Source: the human T2T-CHM13v2.0 reference genome, Homo sapiens
DNA: 64,000 nucleotides
Assembly: GCF_009914755.1 (NCBI RefSeq)
Contig: NC_060939.1
Direction: 5' to 3' (one strand)
The notes beneath the pieces were generated by a model. It saw only the letters and a program-made list of their open reading frames with translations. It did not search any database and had not been told where the DNA came from. Below, in pieces: positions 13,675 to 27,579 of this stretch. The position numbers were made by a program, and so were the translations under genes. Each line of letters begins with the position of its first letter. Position 1 is the stretch's first letter.

Positions 13675-15795
13675 AGGGAAATTCGTAGGAGTGAGTGTGG
13701 GTGTGCACACCTGCTCTAAATTGCTTCTACTGCCAGAATGTACTCCTGGAGGGATCAGGAAGGAGTAAGCCCTTAGTCGATTGAGCCAGTCCAGCCCTGA
13801 GGACATTGATTCCAGCTCCTTGCTTTCATTGAAGGGAGGAGAGAAACTCAAATAGGAGCCCTCAAGGAGATTGTGTGAAGCTTTCTGAATTCGGTGTCAT
13901 TTTCATGCAATTTTGTTAAGAACTGGTGTATTTCATCCCCTCCTGGTTCATTCCGTGAGTCATCCAGAAGGCATCAGAGCCTCGTCATTTTGGCAGCCGC
14001 AGGGCATTTGTGCCCAGCGAATTATGGGCAGCTCTGATCTGAAGTAACAAGGTTGAGTCGAGATAGGTTGAGAAATGACCCAGACAGAAACAGGGGCCTC
14101 GGCTGGCAGCCCCAGCCACACCATAACTGCACCCGTAGCTCAGATGAGGTCAGGACATTTTTGCTTTGTGACAGATTTGGGACGCAGAGAAAAGAGTTCA
14201 GGCTTTGTACTGACCGAGGCCAGCACTGACACCAGTGCAGACAAAGAGGTTTGTAGCCAGGGGAGTGGAGGGACGGACAGCTCAGATTTTAGCTGACGAT
14301 GATTCTCATGGCCTGTGTACAAGTTCCCACTAATGTATCATCAGTACCAGCATCTCTGAGGAAGATGTTTTTCCCACTGTGCACAATGCAACATCACTGT
14401 CCCCAGGGTACATGGGACAGAAAAATCCCTGTTAGAACTGGGCACAAAACTGCGCTTCTGAACATTTCAGGATATGATCCTTTCAGGATACTGTGTCTAG
14501 CACCCAAATTTTGAGGACTCAAGTTTTCATTAAAGCAACAGGCAGTGATGATGATGTGCTTTCCAAATGCAAATTGTAGGAACATTTAATTAAATGGGAC
14601 CCTTAGGAGCAGTAACCATTCTCAGATCCCAGTTAACCTGGTGTATTAGAATGTCTCAGCAGTGGAAGGAATTCATGCCTGGGCTTTGGTGATGCTTCTC
14701 AAACAGAGCATCTGGCACTGTTCGTGGAAAAAGGTGATTTCAACTTGAAGCAGAAAGATAAGGTGGCGCTTTGTAGAATGTAAAAAAGTCTAACCCTAGC
14801 TTCTGCAGAGAGCTGGGCTGCTGCACCAATTATGTTGTGTGGCATTTTACTTCCAAAGGGCAGCTTTGGTCATGGAGGAGAAGACAAAAGCGTGGTGCAG
14901 TTTTTTGGGGATTTTTTTTTTTGACAGCAAGAGAGATGAGATACAATTTGTATTTTTGAACTCTGCTTTCAGATAACTTTATAAAGGGCTTTAAAACTGT
15001 CTTTGTAAATGATCCAGAAGAGTTAGGCTCTAAAGAAGTTTTGAAATACCTCATTCTATTTGTGCTGCTTTTTATCCTTTCTAAAAAAACAAAAAGATTA
15101 TTAGATGGTAGGAAACTATGTCTAAATAAACCCAGTGAGTTGTTACATTTTTATTCATTTAAAATATTAAAATGACAATAAGAGAGGTTTTTAGTTATCA
15201 GAGCATGTTGCAGAGGTATAAGAGGAAGCAGAGAGTACTGTTTTCTAGATTAACTGCTCTACACAGAAATGAACAGCAGTATAGATTAACCCATAAGAGT
15301 CCAAATAACTCCCCCTGCTTGAAGCTTTATATGGTGATCTGTGGTAGAATGTCCCTCCTCTGGTTATGCTTTTCTTTGGCTAATAGTATCATTTGTCTCC
15401 CCACCTCTCCTGTAGGACTGAGGTGCCGTTGTGGGGACATAACGCAGAAGCGTTGCCACAGGATAAAGACAGCACTCGACATATAATAAAAATCAATATG
15501 GATAAGACACCTATTACACAGATAATCCCATATGAAATAAATTAAACCCGTTTTACAGATGGATTAATTGTTTTGTCCTTGTTCTGTTGACTTCCAGACC
15601 TTGTTATCTCTCCTGTTTTCCTGGATCATATTGTCTCTCAAATATCAATAGCACAGTTTTTGGCTGTGTTGTTTTCAAACAGCCTACTTTTGGGGAACCA
15701 CGAGGACGTAGTGGCAGGACTAAAGGTCAAGGTCACTTCAGTGTTCTCCCAAATCCCGCTGGCATAGGCTCTTTCCTTGTCTGCTTTGTCTGCAG

Positions 15796-15967
15796 GATTC
15801 AGCACCAAGAGCTCTCAAGAGCAAATCCACAGGCAGCTAAATCAAGAAGGTGGCTCTCTTCCCTCCTCTTTGCTCCCCTCTTCCTGCAGAGATGCAAGAT
15901 GGCTTTGAAATGTCCCTATCTTCCTTCCCTTCTGATTGCCTTACTTGTTCAGATGCTTCCATCCTGA
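15796..15967 (+). other. Candidate cryptic/alternative terminal exon (phase 2, 56 further codons)
   Basis: Strong acceptor ctttccttgtctgctttgtctgcag|G; frame open to TGA at 15965-15967. Confidence 0.25.
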
Positions 15968-16599
15968 ACATTTTCTAGAGTCCCCTGCCTAGTCGCCCTG
16001 GAAAGTACCCAGGGAAGCCACTTACGGCCTATCCATCAAAGCACAGTGCGTGTCTCCTTTCTCAGACAGAGGACGTAATCATCCATGCCCACAGAGGAGA
16101 GCGTGTGCCCTGAGTTTCAGTGCCGGATCAGAGACTGGAAAAGTCTGTATGCCCCCTCCCTACCTTACAGTCTTTTACTTCTCCACCTGGGGAAAACAGC
16201 AGATGGAGGAGAGGAAAGAGAAGTTTAGCTGGCATCATTAAAATGACTTTCTAGTCTCCTGCGAGCTTTCTCTCAAGTAGATTCTGCTGAGTTCTGCTTG
16301 GACTGGTAAGCACAGAGAGTGAGTCATAGAGTGGCCCTCTAGAATCCTCCAGCCTGTGCTTATTATGCAGCATGGAGGTGTCCTGGCTAGAACAGGGCCT
16401 CTAATTTATCATGTCTTCTCACTAGGTGAGGTGAATAGGGCTCCACAAACCACCGTGGGGACCAGTGGCATCAAATTCTGGTGCTAACAAAGGAAGTTCC
16501 ATCACAGACAAGGAGTGAGAAGAAGCCAGGGTAGAAACAAGCGACCCCTGCTTCCATGTGAAGCTTCATTCCCCAACCCATTCTTCAGACAGAGAAAGG

Positions 16600-16760
16600 G
16601 TGCACACGCAGACCCGCAAGCACAGCCTTCGCACGTGTGCTCACACAGCCGCAGTATTTACGGCACTCACGACGTGTCCAGCTTCTTTGTGCGCTCACAG
16701 CAGGCACTGCACTGTCCGTGGTTACCCTTAGGGTGGCGCTGTTTATTGGCGCCTTTTTGC
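16600..16760 (+). promoter_or_regulatory. CpG-rich patch with candidate CTCF site
   Basis: 12 CpG in ~150 bp; CTGCACTGTCC upstream module plus imperfect core CCTTAGGGTGGCGC (16726-16739). Confidence 0.4.
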
Positions 16761-16849
16761 TTGGCACATTCTGGTTCCTCTGCATGGAGTCTCCTTTCTC
16801 TTTCCCCTACCCAGGGGATCTGGCAAACTCGTGTTGCTCCATGTAGAGT

Positions 16850-17120
16850 CAGCTCAGAGGTCCCTTCCTCTCAGAAGCCATCTCTGCCTCCACCTACCTC
16901 CAACACAAGAGTTTGCTAACAGGTCCACACTGTGTTTAGCACTGTCACCTTGCATCATTTTTTGGTGTGATTGTATCTGTTGCACATACACCTGTGTCCC
17001 CGCTACACACTTTGAGAGGTAAAGCTCATCTTTTCGTTGTATACAGCACATGTACAGAAATATGTGCCTGGCACATAAAGGCAATTAGTAGATATTTGTC
17101 GAATGAATGAGTGAATAAAT
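16850..17120 (+). mobile_element. L2 3' fragment
   Basis: gtgcctggcacataaagg...atatttgtcgaatgaatgag. Confidence 0.65.
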
Positions 17121-17229
17121 CATTTTTTGGGGTAGAAGTGGTGTAGAATATCTGACTACTACATGTGGATACTAAGAACTAATTGTTGTTGTGGAGTAAA
17201 ATTTCTTGTGTTTGTCTGTATATATATAA

Positions 17230-17586
<357 letters not shown>

Positions 17587-19032
17587 TAACACTCATAAGA
17601 CTCCATCTATAGAATTCCTTTTCTGGTAGAAGTGCTCCCTTGTTGGGCCTGGCATCTTATGGGCTCACCCTTATATTCTCCCAAGAGAAGTCCCCATTTT
17701 TCAGTGGAAGAGATCTAGCTATGTCTATGGTTTCCTGGTGGCGGGGGCTGGTCCACAGACCTAGAATGAGTTGCTGGGGAATTGGGTAGGGTGAGCCCTT
17801 TGCATTGCTGGGTAGAAGAAAATTTGACCTGGGCGCAGTCATCAGTTTGGACTCTAACTTCCTAGCTAGTTCTGTGTGTGTCAAAATCCTCCAGCATAAC
17901 ATTTGCCATGATGAGCAAGGAAGTGTAGTGTTTTTTCCCCTCAGCGAAATGTTAAAAGGCAAAAAGGCTATTTCTGCTCACCCAGAAAAACATTTTGGCT
18001 CTAGCAGAAAACAAAACAAAAAAAACTTACAGCCTTAAAACTAAAAAGAGGCATTGAAATACAGTACCTTCTCCCCACGCTGTTCAAAACACTTCGTGAG
18101 CAAGCACATGTAGCACATGTAGGAGAGAGGCCGAGTATGTTCTGAACTAATATTTTAGTGTATTATTTAAAATCTGGCCAGAGCACAGCATATTTGCATG
18201 CCTGTCTTTGGGCTCTGTTTCTAAAACAAGGAGAGTGGTGATGAAATCCGCAGCTGGTGTGCTGGCCCCAAGCCTGGGCAGTTTGGGCTCCATCACACCC
18301 TGGAGCAGCCAGCAAAGTTGCTGGAGCCGCTGATGGGAGGTGCCTTTGGGGTGGGCAGAGTTGTGGAGTCCTCTCCTTTCTCTGTAGTCAACACACGAGA
18401 GTCAACATGGAACTTGAGGTCTGTGAGCGTTTGCTGAGCCTGTGACCAGGAGGTGCTCCTGGAGAATGAAAGCGGGTAGGTAGGAGACAAGTGGTATCCA
18501 GCTCCCAGGGACTCACAAGGAGCCCTAATGAAACAACATGGTTCTTTCTTAAGTGGACCCATTTCTCCCATTACTCCTTCAAACCTCTGGGTTTCCCCTG
18601 ACCAAAAAACAGGCATCCAGGGTGTATCCTGCCACTGTGCAGTGCCCTGCTTTGGTTAGACAGTGCCCATGTGAACATGAAGTTTTCCTTCTGACAGGCG
18701 GCAGTCTTCTCAGGCTAGAAGAGTAGACAGAGCTTCCACCTGTGTACAAGGGGCGTCTGCCGTCCTCATGCTACTAATGCCCAACCAGATGAAGGGTGTG
18801 TGTGTTTGTGTGTGTGTGTGTGCATGTGTGCAAATCCTTAAATAGGTATAGGCATATGTAGTCAGTCTTCATTATTTGTGGTTTCTGTATTTGGGAATTT
18901 GCCTATTTGCTAAAATGTATTTGTAGCCCCCAAATCAATACTCACGGCACCTTTGAAGACATGTGCAGGGTGGGGAAACATTTGAGTTGCCTGAAGTGCC
19001 TGTTCCCAGCTGAGGTCAAACAAGGTGACCTT

Positions 19033-19397
<365 letters not shown>

Positions 19398-19841
19398 TCA
19401 TGCTGTAAACAAGTATCCTTTTTGTTGTCTATTTGATGTCATATTCTTCCATGTTTTTGTGCTTTTGTTGATGATTTTACTGTTTGAAAAGGCCCCAAGC
19501 ACAGTGCTGAAGAGCTGTCTAGTGTTCCTAAGCACAGGACACCTGTGATTTGCCTTACAGAGAAAATATGTGTGTTAAAGAAGCTTCATGCAGGCATGAG
19601 TTACAGCATTGTTTGCCATGAGCTCCATGTTAATGAATCAAAGATATACATTAAATAAGGTTTGTTTAAACAGAAACACACTTAACACAAGGTTATGTGG
19701 TGATGAGTTGATGAAAATGTTGTGAACAGAGGCTCGCAGGAACCTAACCCTGTATTTCCCCTAGCAGCAGTGGCTCCGTATTCAGCAGTGGCTCCGTATT
19801 CAACAGTTCAGTGTTTGTGGAGACTTTCTAGAACATAACTG

Positions 19842-20039
19842 CAGTTTGAGTATCCCTGATCAGAAATGCTTGGGACCAGAAGTGTTTTGGATCTTGGATT
19901 TTTTTTTATGAGTTTGGAATATTTGCATTATATTCCTTACCAATGAGCATTTCCTTTGAGCGTCATGTTGGCGCTCAAAAAACTAAGGATTTTGGAGCAT
20001 TTCAGATTTTGGATTTTTGGATGAGGGATGCTCAACCTA
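19842..20039. mobile_element. Tigger4a (MER46)
   Basis: cagtttgagtatccc...aaatgcttgggaccagaagtg...gggatgctcaacct. Confidence 0.85.
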
Positions 20040-20246
20040 TATCTTGGATAATGAGAATTGACTATATAAAGGGGTGAGGGAGAGGGTTTTATGTAGAGCT
20101 CTATACCTATGATACCATATTGGAAAACGTCTACCATATTTGAAGTCGTATGGAGAAGTCTCCATTAAGAGATTATACCTTCAGACAGGTGGCTGCGCTG
20201 GGTTGGGAGGTGGATATGGGAGATGAGGGTGCTGACATGAACCAAG

Positions 20247-20579
20247 GTGGTATGGTCTGAATGTTTGTGTGAATCCTAACCCAAGGTGGGTTAGATTTCA
20301 ACAGAACTCGAATAGGTCATGATGGAGGAGCCCCCATGATGGGGTTAGTACCCTTATAAAAGAGGCCCCAGAGAGGTGCCTCGCCCTCTCCATGACGTGA
20401 GGGTACACCTAGGACATGCCATCTGTGAACCAGAAAGTGGCCTTCCAACAGACACCAAATCTTCTGGTGGCGCCTTCTTTTGGACTTCTAGACTCCAGAA
20501 CTGTGAGAAGTAAATTTCTGTTGTTTATAAGCCACCCAGGCTGTTGTATTGTTACAGGACCTCAAACAGACTGAGGCTC
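20247..20579 (+). mobile_element. MaLR LTR (MLT1A/MSTD-like)
   Basis: tatggtctgaatgtttgtgt...cccttataaaagagg...ccagaactgtgagaa.taaatttctgttgtttataagccaccc. Confidence 0.8.
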
Positions 20580-20798
20580 AAGGCACCAGGGAAACGTGCT
20601 GACCGATCGATCTTCAGTACGGTGGATTTATTAGAAAGGGTGCTGCAGTGATGAGCCCTTGTCCTCCAGGTCAGGACAGAGGCCCAGGGAATGCCCTTGC
20701 GTGGCCTCTGGTGTGGTTCCTGGTGCTGCCTCGGTCCTCCAGGTTTGACTGTGGATGAACTGCCCCTCTGTCCACACATACATAGAAAAGGACAGTGG

Positions 20799-21235
<437 letters not shown>

Positions 21236-21550
21236 TCACACTGGATGTCTTTGAACTTGACGGCAGCCCTCTGAGATACCATTATCTCCATTCTGCTGAT
21301 GAAGAGCAGGCACAGCGAGGTTACCTGCATTGTCAGAGGACACACAGCTAGTAAGGGGTGGAATTTAAATTCAAACCTGTGACAAGTCAAGATACAATTA
21401 TCTTTAGTTGGTGGCTGACTGGAAAAACAGATGCAACAGCAGGAAGAAGGGGGGCTGAAGCTGGTGTATTGTCTGAGTGTCTAAAATCATGGTGCGTTTG
21501 AAGGGAATGAAGTTGAGTGAGCGATTGCAGGATTCGAGGGCGAGTTAGGG

Positions 21551-21777
21551 CAGAGCTTCTCAACCTGGGTGCTTTTGCACCTCATGACGTTTGGCAGTGT
21601 CTGGATTCATTTTTGGTTGCTGTCATAACAGGGTTGGAACACAGGGGAAGTGCTACTGGCATCTAGTGGGGAGAGGCTGCGGATGCTGTCAAGCCTCCAT
21701 CGGTGCACAGGACCGGCATCCACAACAAAGAATTATCCAACCCCAAATGTCAATAATGCCAAGCCTGAGAATACCTG
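21551..21777 (+). mobile_element. MER20 (hAT-Charlie)
   Basis: ttctcaacctgg...tgctactggcatctagtgg...cacaacaaagaattatcc...aaatgtcaata. Confidence 0.85.
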
Positions 21778-22219
21778 ATTAAGGGGAAAGCAGGCTCTCG
21801 AAGTGGTTTGAGTTGGGAGCATGTTATGGGCTGAAAAGTTACAAACTATATCCAGAAACTTCTATAAAGGTATTTCCTTCTGATGTGCCATCATTCCTGG
21901 CTCAAAATTCACTTTTCTTTCTACATTTTCTATATTCAGTAAGATATGACCTGTCTGTGAGCCAGGCCTATTGGTACCTGTTCTGTGGTGAGCAGGCACC
22001 AGTAGGTGACAAGGCAGGCAAGAGAGAGTGTCCCTGGACCTAAGAAACCAGGCTGTGGACCCAAAGCCATCTGGAAAAGACTCACGGGATGTGGGACATC
22101 ACTCAAGGCTCAAGGTCAGCCTGGGGTCCAACAGTAAGGATAAGAACCAGGACAGCAGGTTCCAGAAAGCCAGGTCCCTTCATAGGAGGTCAGCCTGACC
22201 TAAACGGACACCATTTTCA

Positions 22220-22222
22220 TTA

Positions 22223-22260
<38 letters not shown>
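22220..22260. repeat. (TAT)n microsatellite
   Basis: Direct reading. Confidence 0.95.
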
Positions 22261-22869
22261 TCTCTAAGCCTTCTTAGCATTTGCAGTGTATCCTGGGGGA
22301 ACTTGCAGTTTTCAGAGACAGACTCATGAATAAAAATGAGTTGTGTAAATTCCTGTATTGAGAGTATTTGCCAAGTGCTGCAGGGCTCCAGAGGAGGCAA
22401 CGGGCACCTTGGCCTGGAGAAACAGAGGAGGGTGAAGGTTTCTGGGTGAGTCACTGCTGGAAACTAGAAGGTGAAGGGAGAGTCCAGGCAGAGGGAAGAG
22501 CGTGGTGGGAGGTAAAAGGTGCCAGCGGGCAGAGCCAGGCAGGGTAGGCGTGTGCTGTGGGCAGGGCAGGGAGGCGGGAGGTGGGGTGAGGGGAAGACCA
22601 CAGGGAACTCCCCAGGGAGCAGAGAATTGGGTGCCTCCTGCAAGTGTCCACTGTGGCTTCTAGGGAAAATCTCTCCGAAAGAGGAAAGATGTGCTGTGCT
22701 GGCAGGAAGGCGGAGACATTCATTTCCAGTCCCTCTGTGATAGGGTAGGGGTGACCCTGTCTTCAAGAGGTGTGATGAAGCCAGTGTCCCCATTTAGCAT
22801 CAAAATAGACAAGACAGTTCCTTCATTAAGAAAGCAAATCTTGCTGGCACTAGATACCCTTTACAGAGG

Positions 22870-23095
22870 GCCAGGCTCTGGGAGCCTCCCTGTCTGGGTT
22901 CCCATCCCAGCTTCTGGGGTTCCTCTGTGTGCAGTCTGGGGTAGTTAACTTAATTTCTCTGTACTGCAGTTCCTATCTGTAAAATGAGTAGAATAAGTGT
23001 TCCTGCATCATAGGTGTTTTATGAGATTAAATGATTTAGTGCAAATAAAGTGCCTGGAATGGTGCCTAGAATATAGTAAATTCTCAGAGTTAACC
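22870..23095 (+). mobile_element. MIR SINE
   Basis: ctgggttcccatcccagc...atctgtaaaatgag...gagattaaatga. Confidence 0.7.
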
Positions 23096-24204
23096 AGTGT
23101 TATTCTCTTTTTACCATTTAGGGAAGGCAGAGGAAAGGGCTTTAAGAGTGTCATGTTCTAGAGCTGAACTTGTGAACTGGTACCTAGGTGTGCTGCAATT
23201 GGCTGACAGGTGCGCATTTTAAAAAATTGAATTTGAATCCTTTGCCTGGAGCTGGCATGATCCATGATTCATCATAGTCCATCCTCCACCCCACCCCCTT
23301 GTCCCAAGCCTGTCCAGCAACACACATGCAGTGTCCCCTGCAGTTGGCTCCCTAAACATGAGAGCAGAGGACACTGGCGATTGCATTAAGCGGACAGAAG
23401 TTACAGGAGGAACCATTGGCAGGATTAGCCACAGACTGAGTCAGCTGTCATGCCACACACTTGGTGAGAGCCCTGCTTATGAAGCAGCTGTGTATTTCAA
23501 ATGTTGGGTTCAGCCTAGGAGCTTGTTGATGATCACTTTCTGTGGCAGCAGGTTCTAGGGCCAGGGGGGCACCCTGCCAGCTTCTGTCTCCAGCAGACAA
23601 GCTGCATCCAGGTACAACCTTCCTCTCAGCCTGTCAGACGTGCGTCTGCACTGCTAGCACAGCCTCCTCCTTCCTACGCCTCCACCTGACCTGTTCCTAT
23701 AACTATGAGATTGCCCCTTACAGCCACCCAGTGGTGGACGCTCCAAGGCAGGCAAGAGGAGCAGCCTACTTTCCCTAGCACACACCAGCCTGAAGAGCTG
23801 TGCTAGTGGTGGAGTGAGGAAAGAACCCTGGCCCCAGAGGTAAAAGACCTCACTGAAGTGTGACCTTGGTCAGATCACTGAGCCCTGCAGTCCTCTTTGT
23901 TGTCTATAACCCCTGGGGTACTGTATTGCTTGCAGCACCTCACTTGATTATTGGGTTGTTAGAGAGAGGCAGTGTGTGTAGAGGTGCCTTATTATTATTA
24001 TTTTTAATGTTAGATACTCTGCAAATGATGGACATTCAAAATAATTAGCAATGCTGCATTATTTCTTGAAGTGTGGCCAACCATCCACAGCCTGGGCTAG
24101 AAAGCAGAAATGGGGATGTTGATTGTGATGAGGGTCCCAAACTGTACTGGGGAGAAGATAGATGGAAGCAAAGAAACTCTATACACAGAGAATTTCAAAG
24201 AGTT

Positions 24205-24450
24205 AGTACCAAAAAAAGACTGTAAAATATCTTAATAACTTTTGTATTGACCATGCATTGAAATGACACTTCAGATATTTTGGATTAAATATTAAATATT
24301 ATTAAAATTAATTTTGCATGTTTCTACTTTTAAATGTAGCTACTTTATTTTTTTTAACATAGTAGAAAATGTACAGCGTATTTTACTTTAGACCAGCTAC
24401 ATTGCAAGTGCTCACTAGTCACATGTGGCTGTCATTGGACAACACAGCTG
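24205..24450. mobile_element. MER3/MER33-like hAT-Charlie fragment
   Basis: aaatattattaaaattaatttt...caagtgctcactagtcacatgtggct. Confidence 0.55.
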
Positions 24451-24531
24451 TAGCCATGTACCAATTGCATTCTGTACGTGCCATTGGGCTTCGAGACTTT
24501 TTCCTCCTTCTCCTTGGAGTAGCCTCAACTC

Positions 24532-25005
24532 TATCGGGGAATCCACGTTGGGCACCAGATATCGGGGAATCTGCCCCGATATTCACGTAGGTTCTTTTCT
24601 ATTTTCCTTAAGTGCCGGCCAGCTTGAGAAATAAAGGGACAGAGTACAAAAGAGAGAAATTTTAAAGTTGGGCGTCCGGGGGAGACATCACATGTTGGTA
24701 GGTTCCGTGATGCCCCACAAGCCGCAAAAACCAGCAAGTTTTTATTAGGGAGTTTCAAAAGGGGAGGGAGTGTGCAAATAGGTGTGGGTCACAGACATCA
24801 AGTACTTTACAAGGTAATAGAATATCACAAGGCAAAGGGAGGCAGGGCGAGATCACAGGACCACAGGACCGGGGCGAAATTAAAATTGCTACTGAAGTTT
24901 CAGGCACCACTGTCATTGAGAACATCTTATCAGGAGACAGGGTTTTGAGATCAACCAGTCTGACCAAAATTTATTAGGTGGGAATTTCCTCTTCCTGATA
25001 ATCCT
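24532..25005 (-). mobile_element. MER11 (HERV-K11/HML-8) LTR 3' part with PBS remnant
   Basis: Minus strand ends ACCTACGTGAATATCGGGGCAGATTCCCCGATA, then TC-TGGTGCCCAACGTGG (Lys PBS) and a second ATTCCCCGATA. Confidence 0.88.
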
Positions 25006-25469
25006 GACAGTGTTCTGGAACTAGATAGGGGTGATAGTTGTGAAACACTGTGAAAGTACCACAGTGTCACTAGTGGTAAATTTTTGCTACATGTCATGAA
25101 TGATTGGATGGATGGATACATGGATTGTGCAAAAACGTACTGCCTGAGGTTTTGTCAGTGCAATGAGACCAGCAATCAATTCCTCATTGCCACCTGGGGG
25201 GTGACATGCACTGGTCTTCCCTACATTATGATGACCCAAGAGCTTCAGCCTCATGTTGCTGACCCTCCTTTCTGTATCCTCATGGCTCATTGAGAGAAGC
25301 GAAGGAGCTGTCTGAGGATGTTGTGATACGTTCCAAGTTGTCGGTAACACACTTAGAGGTGATATCTCCTGGCAGCTGCAGAGAAAGCCAGTTCAGTCAG
25401 TTTGGGGTTATTAGGGAGGAAGGGGAAAAATGGTGAGAATGTGCTCTAGGAAAGTGGGGTTCTCAGACA

Positions 25470-25715
25470 TGGAAAACCAAATATGTCATGTTCTCACTTC
25501 TAAGTAGGAGCTAAGCTATGAGGACATAAAGGCATAGAGTGATATAACGAACTTTGGCAACTGGAGTGTGGGGACATTGGGAGGTGGGTGAGGGATAAAG
25601 GACTACATATTGGGTAGAATGTACACTGCTTGGGTGATGGGTGCACTAAAATCTCAGACACCACCACTAAAGAGCTAATCCAAAAAACACCTGTACCCCA
25701 AAAACTATCAAAAGT
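25470..25715 (+). mobile_element. L1PB 3' UTR fragment
   Basis: gttctcactt...gagctaagctatgagga...gggtgatgggtgcactaaaatctcaga. Confidence 0.85.
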
Positions 25716-27101
25716 TTTTATTTTGGACAATAGCGTCCTAAGATACCTCGACAAAGAAAAATCAGAGAAGGTCTTTTGCAAGCAAACCTTATTAGAAATA
25801 CTTTTTAATGGTTGAGATTAAAAACATATTTCCTAAATGATCCTCCCAGGAAACTCTGAAGTTCTTGAGGACAAAGACCTTGGCTATCTTGCTAATGTTG
25901 TCTCCCTGAACCTTGCATGGGTCCAGGCACTGAGTAGGCACTCAGTAAACACAGAGTATTGACTCAGATCCTGAATATTGAAATAATTGATTATTGAATC
26001 AGATAATTTTCCAAACAAAATGAATACCACCCTGTGCTTCTTGTTTGTTTTCTCCCATCACCCATTTCTGGGGAGTTTTTCAGGTTTCGCAGGTAGACCT
26101 AGGACTAGGAACATTGCTAAAGGTCATTGACCAAAGACAGAACTTCAGTCAGTTACTGGAGGTCTTTTCCCCCCTGTAAATGATAGGCCATCCTGCGGTA
26201 CCCTCCCTTCTCACTGCTGTTTAGGAAAATGGATTATTTCTGATTCAGACATTTCCAGTCCTTTAATTCTTTCTTTCTCAGTGAACTAAGCTCTTTTACT
26301 CTTCAGTGAAAATGGCACTGTGCACAAGTGTCTGGCATCCACGCAAGGAAAAAGCTTTCTGTGAACATGTGGCCTTTTAGATTGAAGGCAGTGATCTTTA
26401 GAGTTCTTAATTACCCAAGCCACCAACTCATCTAAGCCCTGGTCCATACTGCAAAGAGGAGGGAAGGATTTGGATGTCAGTTTAAGCCTTGGCGTCTGTT
26501 CTGTATTCAGGGCTCATAGTACAAATGTGTTACTTTTTTCCCCCCTCAGTGGAATGTATTTTTCTTACTTTTCCCTCTCTAAAACATGCATGTGCCTTAG
26601 AATTTTCCCATTGGAGTTTATTTATTAACCCAGGTTTACCTTTTTATTATATGTTAATGATTTTACTAAGTAGATAGATTAAACTAAACTTATAAATTAT
26701 TAATGGATTCATATATGAATACTACTGTTAGGAACAGGAGTCTCACAAAGGTTCAAACTTTCCACGTATCAGTATCATCTAGTTCAAGGGTCAGCGAACT
26801 ATGGCCCACGGGCCAAATCCTATTGACCATATCTGGCCCTTTACAGAAAAAGTTTGCCAACCTCTGGTCTAGTTCAACACTTAGCATAAGCTACTGCTCA
26901 TACCTACCCTATTTTGGCCTGTGTTCTGGCACTGATTGATTACTAAAATTGGTTTGCCATTCTCAATTCTCTTCACTTGTACTAACTATCATTTATGACT
27001 TCAGACCTGCTAGTTAACTTCTCTGAGATACAGGTACCTCATTTGCAAAAAGGGGACATAATGCAGTTTTCATCATTAAGCATCAAGCGAGTTTACATAT
27101 A

Positions 27102-27440
27102 CGGGTTTAGTACCCCTTAGCCCCAAAAAGCTTGGGACCAGAAGTGTTTCTAATTTTTTTTTTTAATTTTGGAATATGTGCATGTGCATGATGAGATATT
27201 TGGGGGATAGGACCCAAGCCTCAACATGAAGTTCTTTTGTTTCATATACACCTTATGCACATAGCTTGAAGGTAATTTGATACAATAGTCTAACTAATTT
27301 TGTGCATGGAACAAAGTGCTGACTGCAGTTTGACTGCAACTCATCACGTGAGGTGAAGTGTGGAATTCTCCACTTGGCAGTACTCAAAAAGTTTCAGATT
27401 TTGGAGCATTTTGGATTTCAGACTGGGGATGCTCAACCTG
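27102..27440. mobile_element. Tigger4b inserted in a MIR
   Basis: gcttgggaccagaagtgttt...ggggatgctcaacctg-TA; MIR sequence on both sides. Confidence 0.8.
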
Positions 27441-27579
27441 TATAAATAACCTTAGCGTGTTGTCTGGCAGTTAGCAGAACCTTTCTTCTTTCTACCTCTT
27501 CCCTAAAGGGTATGACCATTTATCCACGGAAAAAAAAATTGAATGGCACTGCCGTGTAGAAGTAAATTTGCTGTCACTT

